A stretch of DNA of 63,829 nt, filler included, from Reclinomonas americana ATCC 50394 (lineage: Eukaryota), in assembly GCA_048213135.1 (NCBI GenBank). It is 5 parts of 3 records of this genome, joined end to end, with 100 filler letters (N's around TTAATTAATTAA, not from the genome) between each part and the next. Parts side by side here need not be neighbours in the genome. Positions count along the whole stretch, not along the records: positions 1 to 31,156 come from PS015079.1; 4 more parts are not named here. One strand, written 5' to 3'. The notes under the pieces are model-generated. The model worked only from the letters and a program-made list of their open reading frames with translations, did no database searches and was not told where the DNA came from. Made by a program: the position numbers and the translations under genes. Each line of letters begins with the position of its first letter. Position 1 is the stretch's first letter. Positions 1 through 12,298 of this stretch are shown here, one piece after another.

Positions 1-690
1 ATTGGCATTCACCGCCGCGGCCACGGCACTGGCGGCGGAGGCCAGCTCTGCTCCGCTGGGCGGTGCCGCGTACCCGTAGGGATTGTGTGGCGGCGCAGCA
101 CCGTAAGCGGGCGCGCCTTCCGGGTAGTACACTTGACCGACGCCGCGTTGGGAGCCGTCGACAAGAATCGGTGACTTGGACATGCTCACACTGCGTGGAT
201 CAAGGGTGAATGCATGCTGCGACGTGAGAGACTGCCGTGTCACACACACCGAATCGGTCGACCGCGAATGGAGGAGCCCGACAATTGACACGCTCCGCCC
301 GCCGTTCTCTCGTCCTGGAACTCGACAAAGCCGAAGCGGGTGTCGTGGTACTATTGGTGCGATCAGTGGAAAAGATAATGAGGAAAGGATGCGGGCAGAC
401 GCAACTCGATCGCCGGCCAGGACGACCTTGGCGACAGGCCCGGCGTTGGCCACGAAAAAGTCGGCCAGCTCGTGCTCGGTGATGCCCGAGTCGAGACCGC
501 CGACGTAGACAGTGCGTGTGACTGCCGCTCGCTTCTCGTCGGGGAGGCTCTCCATGGCGCGGCGGGAGGACACGGAGGTGAGGATGGCGTTTTTGGAGGG
601 GGCGATGCTGTGAAAAGGGGGATGAGACACAGGGAGGAGAGGGGGAGGGAGGAGGGGAGAGCGGAGGGAAAGAGGCAAGAGAGAGAGAGA

Positions 691-725
<35 letters not shown>

Positions 726-1830
726 GAGAGAAGAGATGCATGAGTGAGAGCTGGAAGGATGAGATTTTGATGAGCGAGAGATTGGAAGCGCAGAGGACGG
801 GATTCACAGAGAGCGAGAAAGAGACGACGCGCGAGAGTGGAGGGACACAACTCATCATAGGAGCGCACGAAAAATGTGCACAAGGAAGCAATGGGTGAGA
901 AGAGACGCACGATGCATGTGAGGATGAGAGGCTAGACGAGAAGAGAGACTGTGCGCAACTGCAGTACAAACAAAGAACGCGGTGAGAGGAACGCAAGAGA
1001 ATTGGTAGCAACAGAACATGAGCAGGGAAAGAAGAGAGATAGAGCACAATGGAGACGAGAAAGCTGCATGGAGTGAAGAAATGATGAAGAGAACAGGATA
1101 CCTGGGAGAAAGAGAGAGCGACAAGTGATTTGTCACCAAACACACCTGAGTTTCGAGGTGCCGAGCTGAATACCGTTGAGGTGAAGCGCGGACTTGGCCT
1201 TCTCCGGTGTCTCAAACTCGACAAATGCGAAACGCGTCTGGTGATCCATGTCGCCACACATGCGACACTCGGTCACCACGCCGCACACACTGAAGAATTC
1301 CTTCAGTTGCGTCTCTGTCAGCTGCAACGCCGAGGACAGAGTGAGAGATGATGTGCAAACGTGAAGTGAAGAAAGGCGCGCTGACCTGTCGATCAATCTG
1401 CGAGACGTAAATGGTCCGCGGAATGAGGACTGCTTCGGCGGCAGCACGGGACGCGTCGCGATGAGATGGCGGTTGTTGCGGTCTGGGCATGCCGTACATG
1501 GGCGGTGGTGCCATCTGCATTGCGAAATGGGAGTCAAGGTCGGCGCCCGATGACAATTACTCACTGGCACTGCACTCTATTACTTGTCCTTCGCTGCCTA
1601 ATTGGTTGCATTCTGTCTGCATGTCTTCCTGTCGGTCTGTCTCTGCTTACTCACCCGCATCATGTAGGGATCCATGTGAGGCATCTGGTGCCCGTAGCCC
1701 ATGGGCATTGGCGGTGGGTACATGGGCGCGCCAACCATAAATGGGGCCATTGGCGGTGGCTGCAGAGGCGAGAGATTTAAGCGGGAGGGCGGGGAGAGGG
1801 AGGGGGAGAGGGAGAGAGCGAATGAAGGGA

Positions 1831-1908
<78 letters not shown>

Positions 1909-2175
1909 TGTTGTGAGTGGCTATGAGAGAACAAAATGAGCGACAGAATGAGAGACGGAGAGTGGAATGCGACAGGAAGGAGGGTTGCACAGCTCAAACG
2001 ATGCGCGCAGGGATCTGAGGAGACGCAACTGCGACCGGGGCAATGGCGCTCTTGCTCGCCTGCACCTTCAGTCGCTTCCCGCCCAGGGTCACGCCGTCGA
2101 GCTGCTGGGCAAGGACCGCGCATGATGGGTCGGAGAACTCGACAAAGCCGAAGCGGGAGGGGTGGGCGGCGTCGC
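1..2175 (-). CDS. Multi-RRM RNA-binding protein resembling plant CID8-13/RBP37; multi-exon, partial at both ends
   Basis: Spliced exons give RTIYVSQIDRQ|LTETQLKEFFSVCGVVTECRMCGDMDHQTRFAFVEF...SKNAI and RTVYVGGLDSGITEHELADFF...GDR|YHDTRFGFVEF. A third RFGFVEF motif lies near 2140-2165. Introns are GT-AG. Confidence 0.8.
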
Positions 2176-2405
2176 TGGAGAGGGAGGGAGGGGGTGGAGG
2201 GTGAGATGAGAGGGAAATGAAGAGTGTGAATGCAAAAGAGAATGTGATGGAAGAGAGACGTGAGAGAACAGGAGCAGAGGGTGGCTGCGATACAAGGGGT
2301 TAAAGAGAGAGAAAGCGAGAGACGCACACCGAGGCGCAGAGAGGGGGAGTTGCTTGGAGGTCAGAGAGAATAAGAGAGACTGCAGCACATGGGTGAAGAA
2401 TGGGA

Positions 2406-2490
<85 letters not shown>

Positions 2491-2971
2491 TGTGAGAGAG
2501 AAGANNNNNNNNNNNNNNNNNNNNNNNNNNNNNNNNNNNNNNNNNNNNNNNNNNNNNNNNNNNNNNNNNNNNNNNNNNNNNNNNNNNNNNNNNNNNNNNN
2601 NNNNNNNNNNNNNNNNNNNNNNNNNNNNNNNNNNNNNNNNNNNNNNNNNNNNNNNNNNNNNNNNNNNNNNNNNNNNNNNNNNNNNNNNNNNNNNNNNNNN
2701 NNNNNNNNNNNNNNNNNNNNNNNNNNNNNNNNNNNNNNNNNNNNNNNNNNNNNNNNNNNNNNNNNNNNNNNNNNNNNNNNNNNNNNNNNNNNNNNNNNNN
2801 NNNNNNNNNNNNNNNNNNNNNNNNNNNNNNNNNNNNNNNNNNNNNNNNNNNNNNNNNNNNNNNNNNNNNNNNNNNNNNNNNNNNNNNNNNNNNNNNNNNN
2901 NNNNNNNNNNNNCGTCCTGGTTCTGATTTGGTCCTGATTTGCAGAGCCGCTGTTGATAGTTGACGAGTTGC

Positions 2972-5900
2972 ATGGCTTCTTCTTCTTCTTCTTCTTCTTC
3001 TCCGTCCTCTTCACGCTCTGGAGAACTCGATCGCAACATTCGAAAACTGCAGGATGTGATGGGCGAGCTGACCAACACTCGCGCAGGTCTCGACTTGATG
3101 ATTGTTGCGTCTCACAGATGTGCACACTGTTGTGCATGCGGGATACGCTTGGTTCGCCTCTCGATCTCCGTTGCTGGTTGCACGAAACGTGTGCACCAAG
3201 AGATATCGATTTTATTGTCCGCCTACAACTCTCCACCACATTCTTCACGCGCATTCTTTAAAGTGCTGCAGTACGAGTGTCTCGTTTTTTCTTTGTTAGA
3301 TATACTTTCGCTGTTAACACCGGCCGGTACCTTGCAGCTTGTTGATGCGTCTGGCAACATCAGCGCAGACCAGTTCAACATCATGCGTCAGTGCCTTCGC
3401 CTCCTCCTCGACCGAGTTCCATTCGGCGAAGGTCCGAAGCAGACTCGTGTTGGCATCATTCAGTGTGCCACCGACGCGCACTTGGTCGCGCCTCTGCAGT
3501 CGGATCTCACTGCGTTGCAGAGCTCATTCACCAGTGCGTCGAAACTGCACATGTCAGCATGCATGCACAGTTGTGCATGTGTCAACATGCACACGGATGC
3601 ATATGAACTAACAACGGTCTCGGTTGGTTCTTGCAGACATGAAGCCTCTCAAGTCCAGAGTTCGAAAAACCAACACGGCATTGGGTCTCCGGCGGTGTGA
3701 TGATCACTTCGCGATCAATTCGACGCGTCGTCGTGGTGCTCAACAAACCATCCTTGTTCTCACTGATGGTTGCCCCGTTAACCGCAAGGAAACATACGAC
3801 GTGGGTGCTGAGTTGCTCGAGCAGGTGCGTAAGCGTTGGCGAACTTGCACAAATAGACGCGAAAGCCGCTCGCATCAACTCATGTACTGTACGCTGCGAG
3901 CCCAGCGTGTGACGATTGTGGCCCTCGGAATCGGCCGCATTGCTGAGGAACTTCGCGTTATGTGCGCCCCGAACTGCGACCTGCAGGTGCAAAGTTTCGA
4001 CGATCTGGACACTCTGTTCAAGTGCGCCATGTTGCCACCACGAGCGCCGCCGACTGTTCTGTCCAACGGCTTGACATCTTCGAAGATAAGCGTCAAGTTT
4101 GAGATGTATGTATTCTTGCGTGCTGCAATGCATCTGCCTGTACCAGTAATTTCTCTGCTGTTTCCCCAGGCCCGAGGGCTTTGGGCAGGTGGTTGAGTAT
4201 GTTGTCGAGCGCAAGGATCGTGCAGGTGGTGAGCAAGCATATTTCCATGCATGTGACATCAGTTGCTAGCGCTATACATGCTGCTGTTGACACGTGCACG
4301 TTGCATTTTCTCAGGGCGGTGGCGACCGGAAGAGACTACGTCCCTGGCGGTGTGCGACTTTGAAAATTTGCAACCCGAGGTAACAACTAAATTGCTTGCG
4401 CACAGTAGTGAACTTAAAAGTATTTCATCACACTGCGGTTCTTGCCACACGCAGACCGAGGTCACAATTCGTGTACGAGCCATCTACCGCGATCGAACGC
4501 TGAGCGAGTGGAGCGAGGAATTCACCGCGAAGACACTGAGAGGCAAGTGATTAATGTTGCAGAACGCACAGCACAATCCGTGTGACTTGGCTGACAATTC
4601 TATTTTCCAATCATCTCCTGCTCAAGATGAACAACCTCGGTCGCCAGTGGCCGCACAGGAGCATCGACGAGGTGATTCTCATGTAGTTGCCGCAGTGGCG
4701 TACCGGCAGACGGGTGTTTTGTTAGCATCGTCAGGCTGCGCTCGCTTGCTCCAAGGAAGACGTCAGTCTGGTGTCGACGATGAACCAGTTAAGCGTCGAT
4801 CTCCGACGGCGTGCGCAAGCATGTTTGTTCGGTGCTAATATCCTGTCTGCGATGCGTTATGTTTACAGGTGGTGATGAAAGTGTTTGGGCGGCAACACCG
4901 TGCACTCTTTGACCGTGAGCTCCTTGTGCTGCAAGACGTGCGTCGGTTAATTCCACTTTGTGCTGTCCGCCTGCTGGATGTGTTGGAGGACTTTACGCCA
5001 GGCGAAGAGGACGCGCTGGTGCTACAATTCGGCAAGGGGTCGGTCTCTGAACGCCTCGAGGCTCACGTGCGCGATGGCAGGTGGGTGGAGCCGTCGCCAC
5101 TCGTTCGTATGATGCAATTTGCGATTGATGGTCATGACGATCGCTTTCGTTCTGCTCAGCATTTCACTTGCGGAGCGTCGTGCGTTGATCACAAATATGT
5201 TCACGTGCGTTCAGCAGCTACACGAGAGCACCAACTACGTATGGGTCGACTGCAAACCGGCCAACGTTGCGTCGTGCTCTTGATCAAGTCACAGTTAAAT
5301 TAAGCAGATCAGTAGTATCGACTAGAGAAGTACTGTATGCTAGCTACACTGCGCAACGTGCCTCAATTGATAGTCCCTCTCTTTGTTTCTGTGTGTATGC
5401 AGTTTGTCTTCTTCGACGACGACGATCGGCGGAGGTCAGAGCGCATGTGCATGGTTGACTTTGACAGCGCTGTCGAGCGTGGTGCGTAAGCAATTGTGTC
5501 TTCACTTATTTATCAGCCACAGCACTGTACAAATGGTGATCGATGCAGGGGAACCTGCCATCGGTACTTGGACTCCTGCGTACGGTGAGCGTAATATGAG
5601 TACCTCCAAACCCTTGCCATGAACACTGTACGCTCACCATCTGTACCCTCGCGGTACAGCGCCCCCCGAGCGATTTCTGGCGGAGCGCAATGGCACACCA
5701 TTCGTGGCGCAGCCTAGCAGTGATGTGTGGTCTCTTGGCATCTCGGCATTGGAGGTGCTCACTGGTTCCATCTGGTTCCGCACCAGGGGCATCGATGTCA
5801 GTGAACTCAGCACCGTGCTGACCGACCGTGATCGAGTGGCATCGGTGAGTGCTTGCAACATTTGCGTTTCTCGTTTTTTGTTTGACGTCTCACCAGGTAC

Positions 5901-8074
5901 TTTGCAGATGTTTTCCAAGAATTCACTGATACAAGCATTCGAATTGCCTGCTGAGTTTGCCAGTCTTCTGTCAAAGATGTTGGTGTTTGAACCACTGGAT
6001 CGACCCACCGTGAATACCCTACTTCGCGATGCCGTGTTCGTGGGCGCGTCGTACACGCAGAGTGTGTTGGGAGCGTGCGTCGCCTTGCTGCTGCTTGAAT
6101 CTTTGAGAGTGTGATTTCTTATCTCCCATTACTGTTACCACGTTGGTCTCAGGCTGGTGAATAGCACAGCTGAACTTCGTCAGGGCCAGTCGGGTGAGTT
6201 GCCACTGCATAATCCCCACCGCTGCTGCGTTGTTAACGTTGTTGCTCATGGTGTTGGTGCGTTTTGCCAGACATCTTGAATGCGGTGGCGCGACAGGCGC
6301 TGAACCATTGCCCGTCATTGTGCTTTGTGCTGCCGGAAAGGCAGGACACCTGGTTCACTCGTGCTGTGGCGTGCATCAGTCCTCACGAGCAGCTGCGCAC
6401 TGGCTGTTCGAATTTATCATGTTAGTGTACACGTGTGATTGTTCGTCATCTCACTGTTGTTGCACAGGTTCCGTCTGTTTGTGTTTTGTGAGTTCCAGGC
6501 CGTGTTGCCTACATCGCTATTCCCGACAGCCCGTGGCTTTCCAGTGGTTTGTACTTGCATTTGTGGTTGTCGTCGCGATCGGATCTGACTGCATGCACGT
6601 TTGTCACAGGGCGAGCAGCGCATTTGTGTGACACCTCTATGGCACCCAACTGGGCGCGAAGGAGTGCAGCTGGTCCGCGAGAAGCAATGGTGGCTGAAGG
6701 TGTCCAAGATTGTTGTGCGGGCGCTGAAGGTGACCAGCTTCATGGCACGTGTTAGCCAGGCGGTGCGGTTTGCTATGTCGCGATCGGTGCCATTTAGCAG
6801 TCTTTTGCGTACTTACACTGGTGGCACAGTGTGGCTTCCCTGTCCCAGATATTGAGGGCGTCGTGGAGTTTGTGACGAAGGCAAAAGAGACATTCAACAG
6901 TTATGCGCTCATCTCCTCGACGTTTATCTGCACATGCGCGATCATATCGCGCTCACCAACGAAGGTTTCGCTCGCAGCCATTGTTAACGAGTTGCATTGT
7001 GAACAAAACGTCGATGAGCTGGCGGAACTGCAAGCAAGGTTGGTTGTTATTATAATTACCCTTCCGCTTTTCGCGCAGCGATCGTTTGCCATTAATCACG
7101 TTTTGCGCAGCGACGAAGAGGTACCTGATGCTGTGCTGCCACGACGGGTGACAGGGTGAGTGGCGTGTGACATCGAGGATCTCGCCTTTGTCAACTACCA
7201 AAAGAGGAGTGCACGCAGCGAGGCTCTCGAGCAAGCACGCGACGTGTTGGGTCTCACCAGCGCGCAGCGCACCTCCGTGGCTGGTGTCACAGCCGTGATG
7301 GTGACACGCGGCGGTCCAGCGGGTCCAGTCGGTGACTTATTGTGGGTGTGCGAAGATCATGCAGGGCTGATCGAAGCCTGGAACCAGTATCACATTCAGG
7401 ACGAGATCGAATTTCTTGATCGTGCACTTCGTGTATGCCGATGCGGCAGCCGCTACATGGAGTTGCGTCAATCGTACTTTCGCACTTGTGATCGCGGTGC
7501 ATGATATTGTGTTTGCAGTCCATACGGGCCACCATTGACTGTCAGTGGAGCTGGATCACCAACGGCGGCTTCTGCCGCGTCTCCATCGGCTGGTGCCAGT
7601 GGCAGTAGCAGTGCTTTGCCTGATTCTGCGCCGCCTGCCGCGGTGTTGCGATCATGCATGGTGAAGAAGTTGAGTGCACGATTGTTTTTCATGAATTCAC
7701 GCAAGCGCGTTTGTATATTTTGCAGCTGCATGCAGCTTACCTGCGTGCTCTTGATGTCATGATGTTTATGTAGGAAGTCGACGGGGTGGATTCCGGGATG
7801 GAACAATCGCTTCATGTTGTTGGATCCCGCCGCCGGCCACGGTTTCGTTCGATGCTACAAGGACGCATCGTGCAAAAAGCTGATTGGCGTCATGACGCTC
7901 TATGACAAGTCGTTTGCAGCCGACGACGTGCGCGGCGAGCTGGCCTTTTTCGACGCTCATGGCAACGTGCAGTCGCACATCCGCTTCCCCTCCACATCAG
8001 AGTTGCAGGCGTGGTGTCGTGATCTGGTGCTTCTCGGGGTGCCGCGAGTGGATGTGGATTTCGGGAGCATTTAA
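2972..8074 (+). CDS. Multi-exon VWA - FN3 - protein kinase - COR-C-terminal-like - PH domain protein
   Basis: VWA: DLMI|LVDASGNI...RVGIIQ...TNTALGL...ILVLTDG...IVALGIG. FN3: VRAIY...SEWSE. Kinase: VVMK, VWVDCKPAN|FVF, VDFD, APPE, SDVWSLG, DRPT. Then FRLFVFCE...WH and LLWVCEDH motifs. PH-like: VKK|KSTGWIPGWNNRFMLL...ELQAWC. Some exon joins are uncertain. Confidence 0.7.
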
Positions 8075-8207
8075 ATTTTGACCCAGTACAAGTGCGCCAT
8101 GTTGTGATTGGAGTGAGACGTCCGCATGTGCACATACGTGCCCAAGCATTGCAATATTGTACGCATGCAGTGTCAAATTTCATTCTTCCACATTTTTTTC
8201 GTCTTTC

Positions 8208-10274
8208 ATGCGCGCTCTTGTCTTTGTGTGCCTCGTGCTGCTGCTGGCGCTGTGCGTGTTCGCCAGCACGTCGTGGGCCTCGTCACGCCTGCTGCGTGGT
8301 GAGCAAGCGGAGGAGGAGATGTCGGCGCAGCATCTCTTTGGTGGCCGTGTGGGCGACGACCCCGCCGATTCGTGGTTGGCCTACACTGTTGAGTGTGTGG
8401 GAGAGAGGGAGAGGGAGAGAGGGGGAGGGAGAAGGAGGAGAGGGGGGCGAGGGAGAGGGAATGAGTGAGTCGGAGCAATGCATCACAGCGTGTGTTTGTG
8501 TTGTGCGTGTGTGTGCAGACNNNNNNNNNNNNNNNNNNNNNNNNNNNNNNNNNNNNNNNNNNNNNNNNNNNNNNNNNNNNNNNNNNNNNNNNNNNNNNNN
8601 NNNNNNNNNNNNNNNNNNNNNNNNNNNNNNNNNNNNNNNNNNNNNNNNNNNNNNNNNNNNNNNNNNNNNNNNNNNNNNNNNNNNNNNNNNNNNNNNNNNN
8701 NNNNNNNNNNNNNNNNNNNNGGGAGGGAGGGAGGGAGGGAGGGAGGGAGGGAGAAGGATGGGTGTGGAGAGTGAAGGAGTGAGTCGGAGCAATGCATCAC
8801 TCTCTTTGATTGTGTGTATGTGCGTGTGTGTGTGTTGTGTGCATGTGTGCAATGAGAGAGAGAGGGAGGGAGGAAAGCAAGGGAGGGAGGGAGGGAGGGA
8901 GGGAGGTTAGAGCGAGACGGAGCAATGCATGACTTTTGTCTGTGTCTGCTTTTGTGTGTGCGTGTTTGCGAAAAGGGGGAGAGAGACAGATAGATAGACA
9001 GACAGACAGAGAGGGAGAGAGAGAGAGAGAGAGAGAGCGAAAGAGTGAGAGAATGCACGACTGTCTATGTCTCCCTTCTCTTTCCTGTTGTGTGTGGCTT
9101 ATTGTGTGTTCTGTGCAGGTTGCCAAGGGCAACGGAAAGAAGGTGACTTATGTCAATGCCACTTGGGTGGTGCCGGAGTTGCGTACGTGTGTCAGTGAGT
9201 GCGATTTTCTCCGCCGATCTCGTTTTGCGCGTTCTCTCATGCTCACTTGCATGTGCTTGCCGCATCATGGCTCGCTTCTCACCTGCACATGTTCTCTCTC
9301 ACCCCCTCTGCGCTCTCTGTCTTTCTGTCGCGCGCGTTCTCTCGTGCTAAGTGCTTGTTGCTTTTCCTCCCTTTCCTCCCTCCTCCTCCTCCTCCCCCTT
9401 TCCACTCACGCCCACCACCCACAGGTACCCCAACCGCCGCGACTCGAGCGGCAACGCTCCCGGTGAGTCCTGCCCATCCTCCCCCTTTTCCGAAATCCAC
9501 TCTCACTCATTCCCTCTCACACATACAGGTTTCTGGTTCGGCATCGAGCCGGTGGTACGACACTCTCTCTTGTGCGCCTCGCACCGTCATGGCTATTGAT
9601 TCAGTTCCTCTGCAGCCCGCTGATCTGCTCATTCAACCCATCCTGGCGTACGGCGACACTGGCAACTTCCCGCCGCGCTACTCCATCTTCAATGGTAAGT
9701 GCCTGCTCGCACTGCCTCTGATTTGCGTGTCACGTGTCTGATTGTATCCTTTATCGCAGGCTACTTTGACTGGTTGAATGGCCAGTTGCGTACTTCCCTC
9801 TGTCGTCTCTCTCTCTCTCTCCTGCGCCTGCATGTCGCTGCCACCAAGTCACGCAGCGCAGCTCATCGATGATCGCCTCCGCTCGCGCTCTCTTCGCACC
9901 TCCCCTTTCTCTCGGTGTTGCGCCGAGCTGCCTCCGAGGAGCACAGCAGCGCAACAGCGCAGCGCGCCCACGCTCGATCTCTCCTCTTTCTAGCCCCTCT
10001 CTCTCTCACTCTCCCCTTTCTCTTGCGCCGAGCAAGCCGCTGCCTCCCAGGCCGCAGCGCAGCTCATCGATGAACACCTCCACTCGTGCGGCTCTCTGTC
10101 TTCTCTCTCCCTCGCTGGTCTCTCTTGTGTTGCGCCTGTGTGTCGCTGCCACCAATGCGCGCAGCAACGCAATAGTGCAGCGCATCGATGACCACCTCCG
10201 CTCTTCTTCTCTCTCATTTGTCTCGCTTGTCTCTCTCTCTCTCTCTCTCTNNNNNNNNNNNNNNNNNNNNNNNN

Positions 10275-10332
<58 letters not shown>

Positions 10333-12189
10333 TCCCTCTCTTTTCCCTCCATCTTTTGTCCCCTCCTCTTCTCTCTAGTGCCTAGCATGTCGCTGCCACT
10401 ACGGCATCAGTGCAGCGCATCGATGATGGCCTCCACTCGTCTCTCTCTCTCTCTCCATCTCCTGTCTCCTCCTCTCCTCCTCCTCCTTCTCCTTCTCCTC
10501 CTCCTCTTCCTCTCTCTCCCTGTGTCCCTCTGGCGCCGAGCCACCACTGCAACAGCGCAGCGACCACCGCCTCTGCTCGTTCTCTCTCTTTCCTCTCTCT
10601 TTCCTCTCTCCTCACTCTCTCCCCTTCCCTCTCTTTCCACGCATCGTTGACTCACTCTCATGCACGCAGGTGGTGGCAGTCCGATGACAGGTAACTCATA
10701 CAATCTCTCAAATTATCTTCTGCATGCACCTCCGCCTCTCACCTCTCTCTCGCATCTCCCAGCATCGTCGAGCCGGGCATGCACGTTTTCGGATCGATCA
10801 CCTACCAGACCGACAACTCGTACACCATGCACATTGAGTTGCGTGCTGCAGACACGCACGCTATAATGACTGCGAGACGACTCACACGCCAGCAGATGCA
10901 AGGAGACTGGCTGGCACATTGACTCGAACATCCCGGTCGATCCGTCAGACAAGATCTTCACGGTGTGTTTCTGTGCCCCCTCACTGCGTTCTGCTCGAGT
11001 CTCGTCACTGATGCTGAGTTCTTTCCGCCCCGCAGGACGTGTACTTTGTGGTACGCACCATTGGTAACTGATGCTTTCGTTGTTGAAGTTGTTTCCCATT
11101 GTTCTCGTGTCGTGCGCAGATTGAGCACCAGCCGAATTCGTGCAAGGTTTGTCAGTTCGTTGACTTTGTTGTCTGTCTTTTGTCTCTCCTGCTTGTTTTG
11201 TCTTTCTTCTCGGCGCTTCCTCGTCTTTCTTGTCTACTTTGTCGTGCATTCCTCTTCCCGCTCTCTCCTGTTTTCCTCTCCTTCTTTTGCCTCTTCTTCC
11301 TTGCTGTCCTTCTGTCACTGCTTTTCTTGTTCTTTGTGTTTCTACTGCTCTCCTGTCCATGCCATCTTCCTGTCTTTCTCCCTGCTTATCGTGCCTGCGT
11401 TTCATCTTTACTCATTCAACCTTCCGCGCCCCTCTCCCTCTCCCCTCCCTCTCCTTCTTTTGCTTCTTCTTCCTTGCTGTCCTTCTCTCACTGCTTGTTC
11501 TTGTTCTTTGTGTTTCTACTGTTCTCCTGCCCATGCCGTCCTCCTGTCTTTCTCCCTGCTTATCGTGCCTACGTTTCATCTTTTCTCATTCAACCTCCGG
11601 CGTCCCTCNNNNNNNNNNNNNNNNNNNNTTTCTCTCCCCTTCCTCTCCTTCTTTTGCCTCTTCTTCCTTGCTGTCCTTTCGCACTGCTTAATGTTCTTTG
11701 TGCTCCTACTGTGCTTTCTCGTGCATTCCTCTTCTCCTGCCCATGCCATCTTCCTGTCTTTCTCCCTGCTTTGTTGGGCGTTCCTCTCCTGCTTCTCGCG
11801 CTTGTTTTACTCTTCATCGTCGTGTTTCCTCTCCTGCTTCTTGTCCTCTTCCCTTCTCATTCAATCCTCCCGTCATCTTCTCTTCTGTCGTGCCTCCTTC
11901 ATCCCCCCGCGTCCCTCTCCCTCTCCCTCCCCTCTCTTCCACTCACCCCTCCTCCCACCCCCAGGACTACCCCAAGAACGGCAACGTCACCTTCACCGAC
12001 ATTCACATCGAGTGGGAGGTACGCACCCCCTCCCTCCTCCCCCTCCTCACCCTCCTCCTCACACTACCGCCACCCCAGGGCAAGGAGGCCACCCCGTCGT
12101 GGACTGGCGCGCAGTACAAGCCGGCCTGCAACTCCCAGGCGCACGTCGTCAGCCCGTCGAGTGTGTACTTTACCTGGAACACGCAGTAA
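8208..12189 (+). CDS. Secreted beta-sandwich protein, possibly glutamic peptidase G1-like (copy 1)
   Basis: Signal peptide MRALVFVCLVLLLALCVFAS. Spliced exons read ATWVVPE|YPN...APG|FWFGIEPV|PADLLIQPILAYG...VYFV|IEHQPNSCK|DYPKNGNVTFTDI...FTWNTQ*. Exons are conserved in the second copy. The family call is inference. Confidence 0.7.
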
Positions 12190-12298
12190 GCGAGAGAAGG
12201 GGAAGAGCAGAGGCGCTCCGGTCGCGCATCTCTCTCTCTCTTGTGTTTTGTGGTTGATTGGATTACACACGATTTTCACTCGTTTTCCGTGCTCATTA

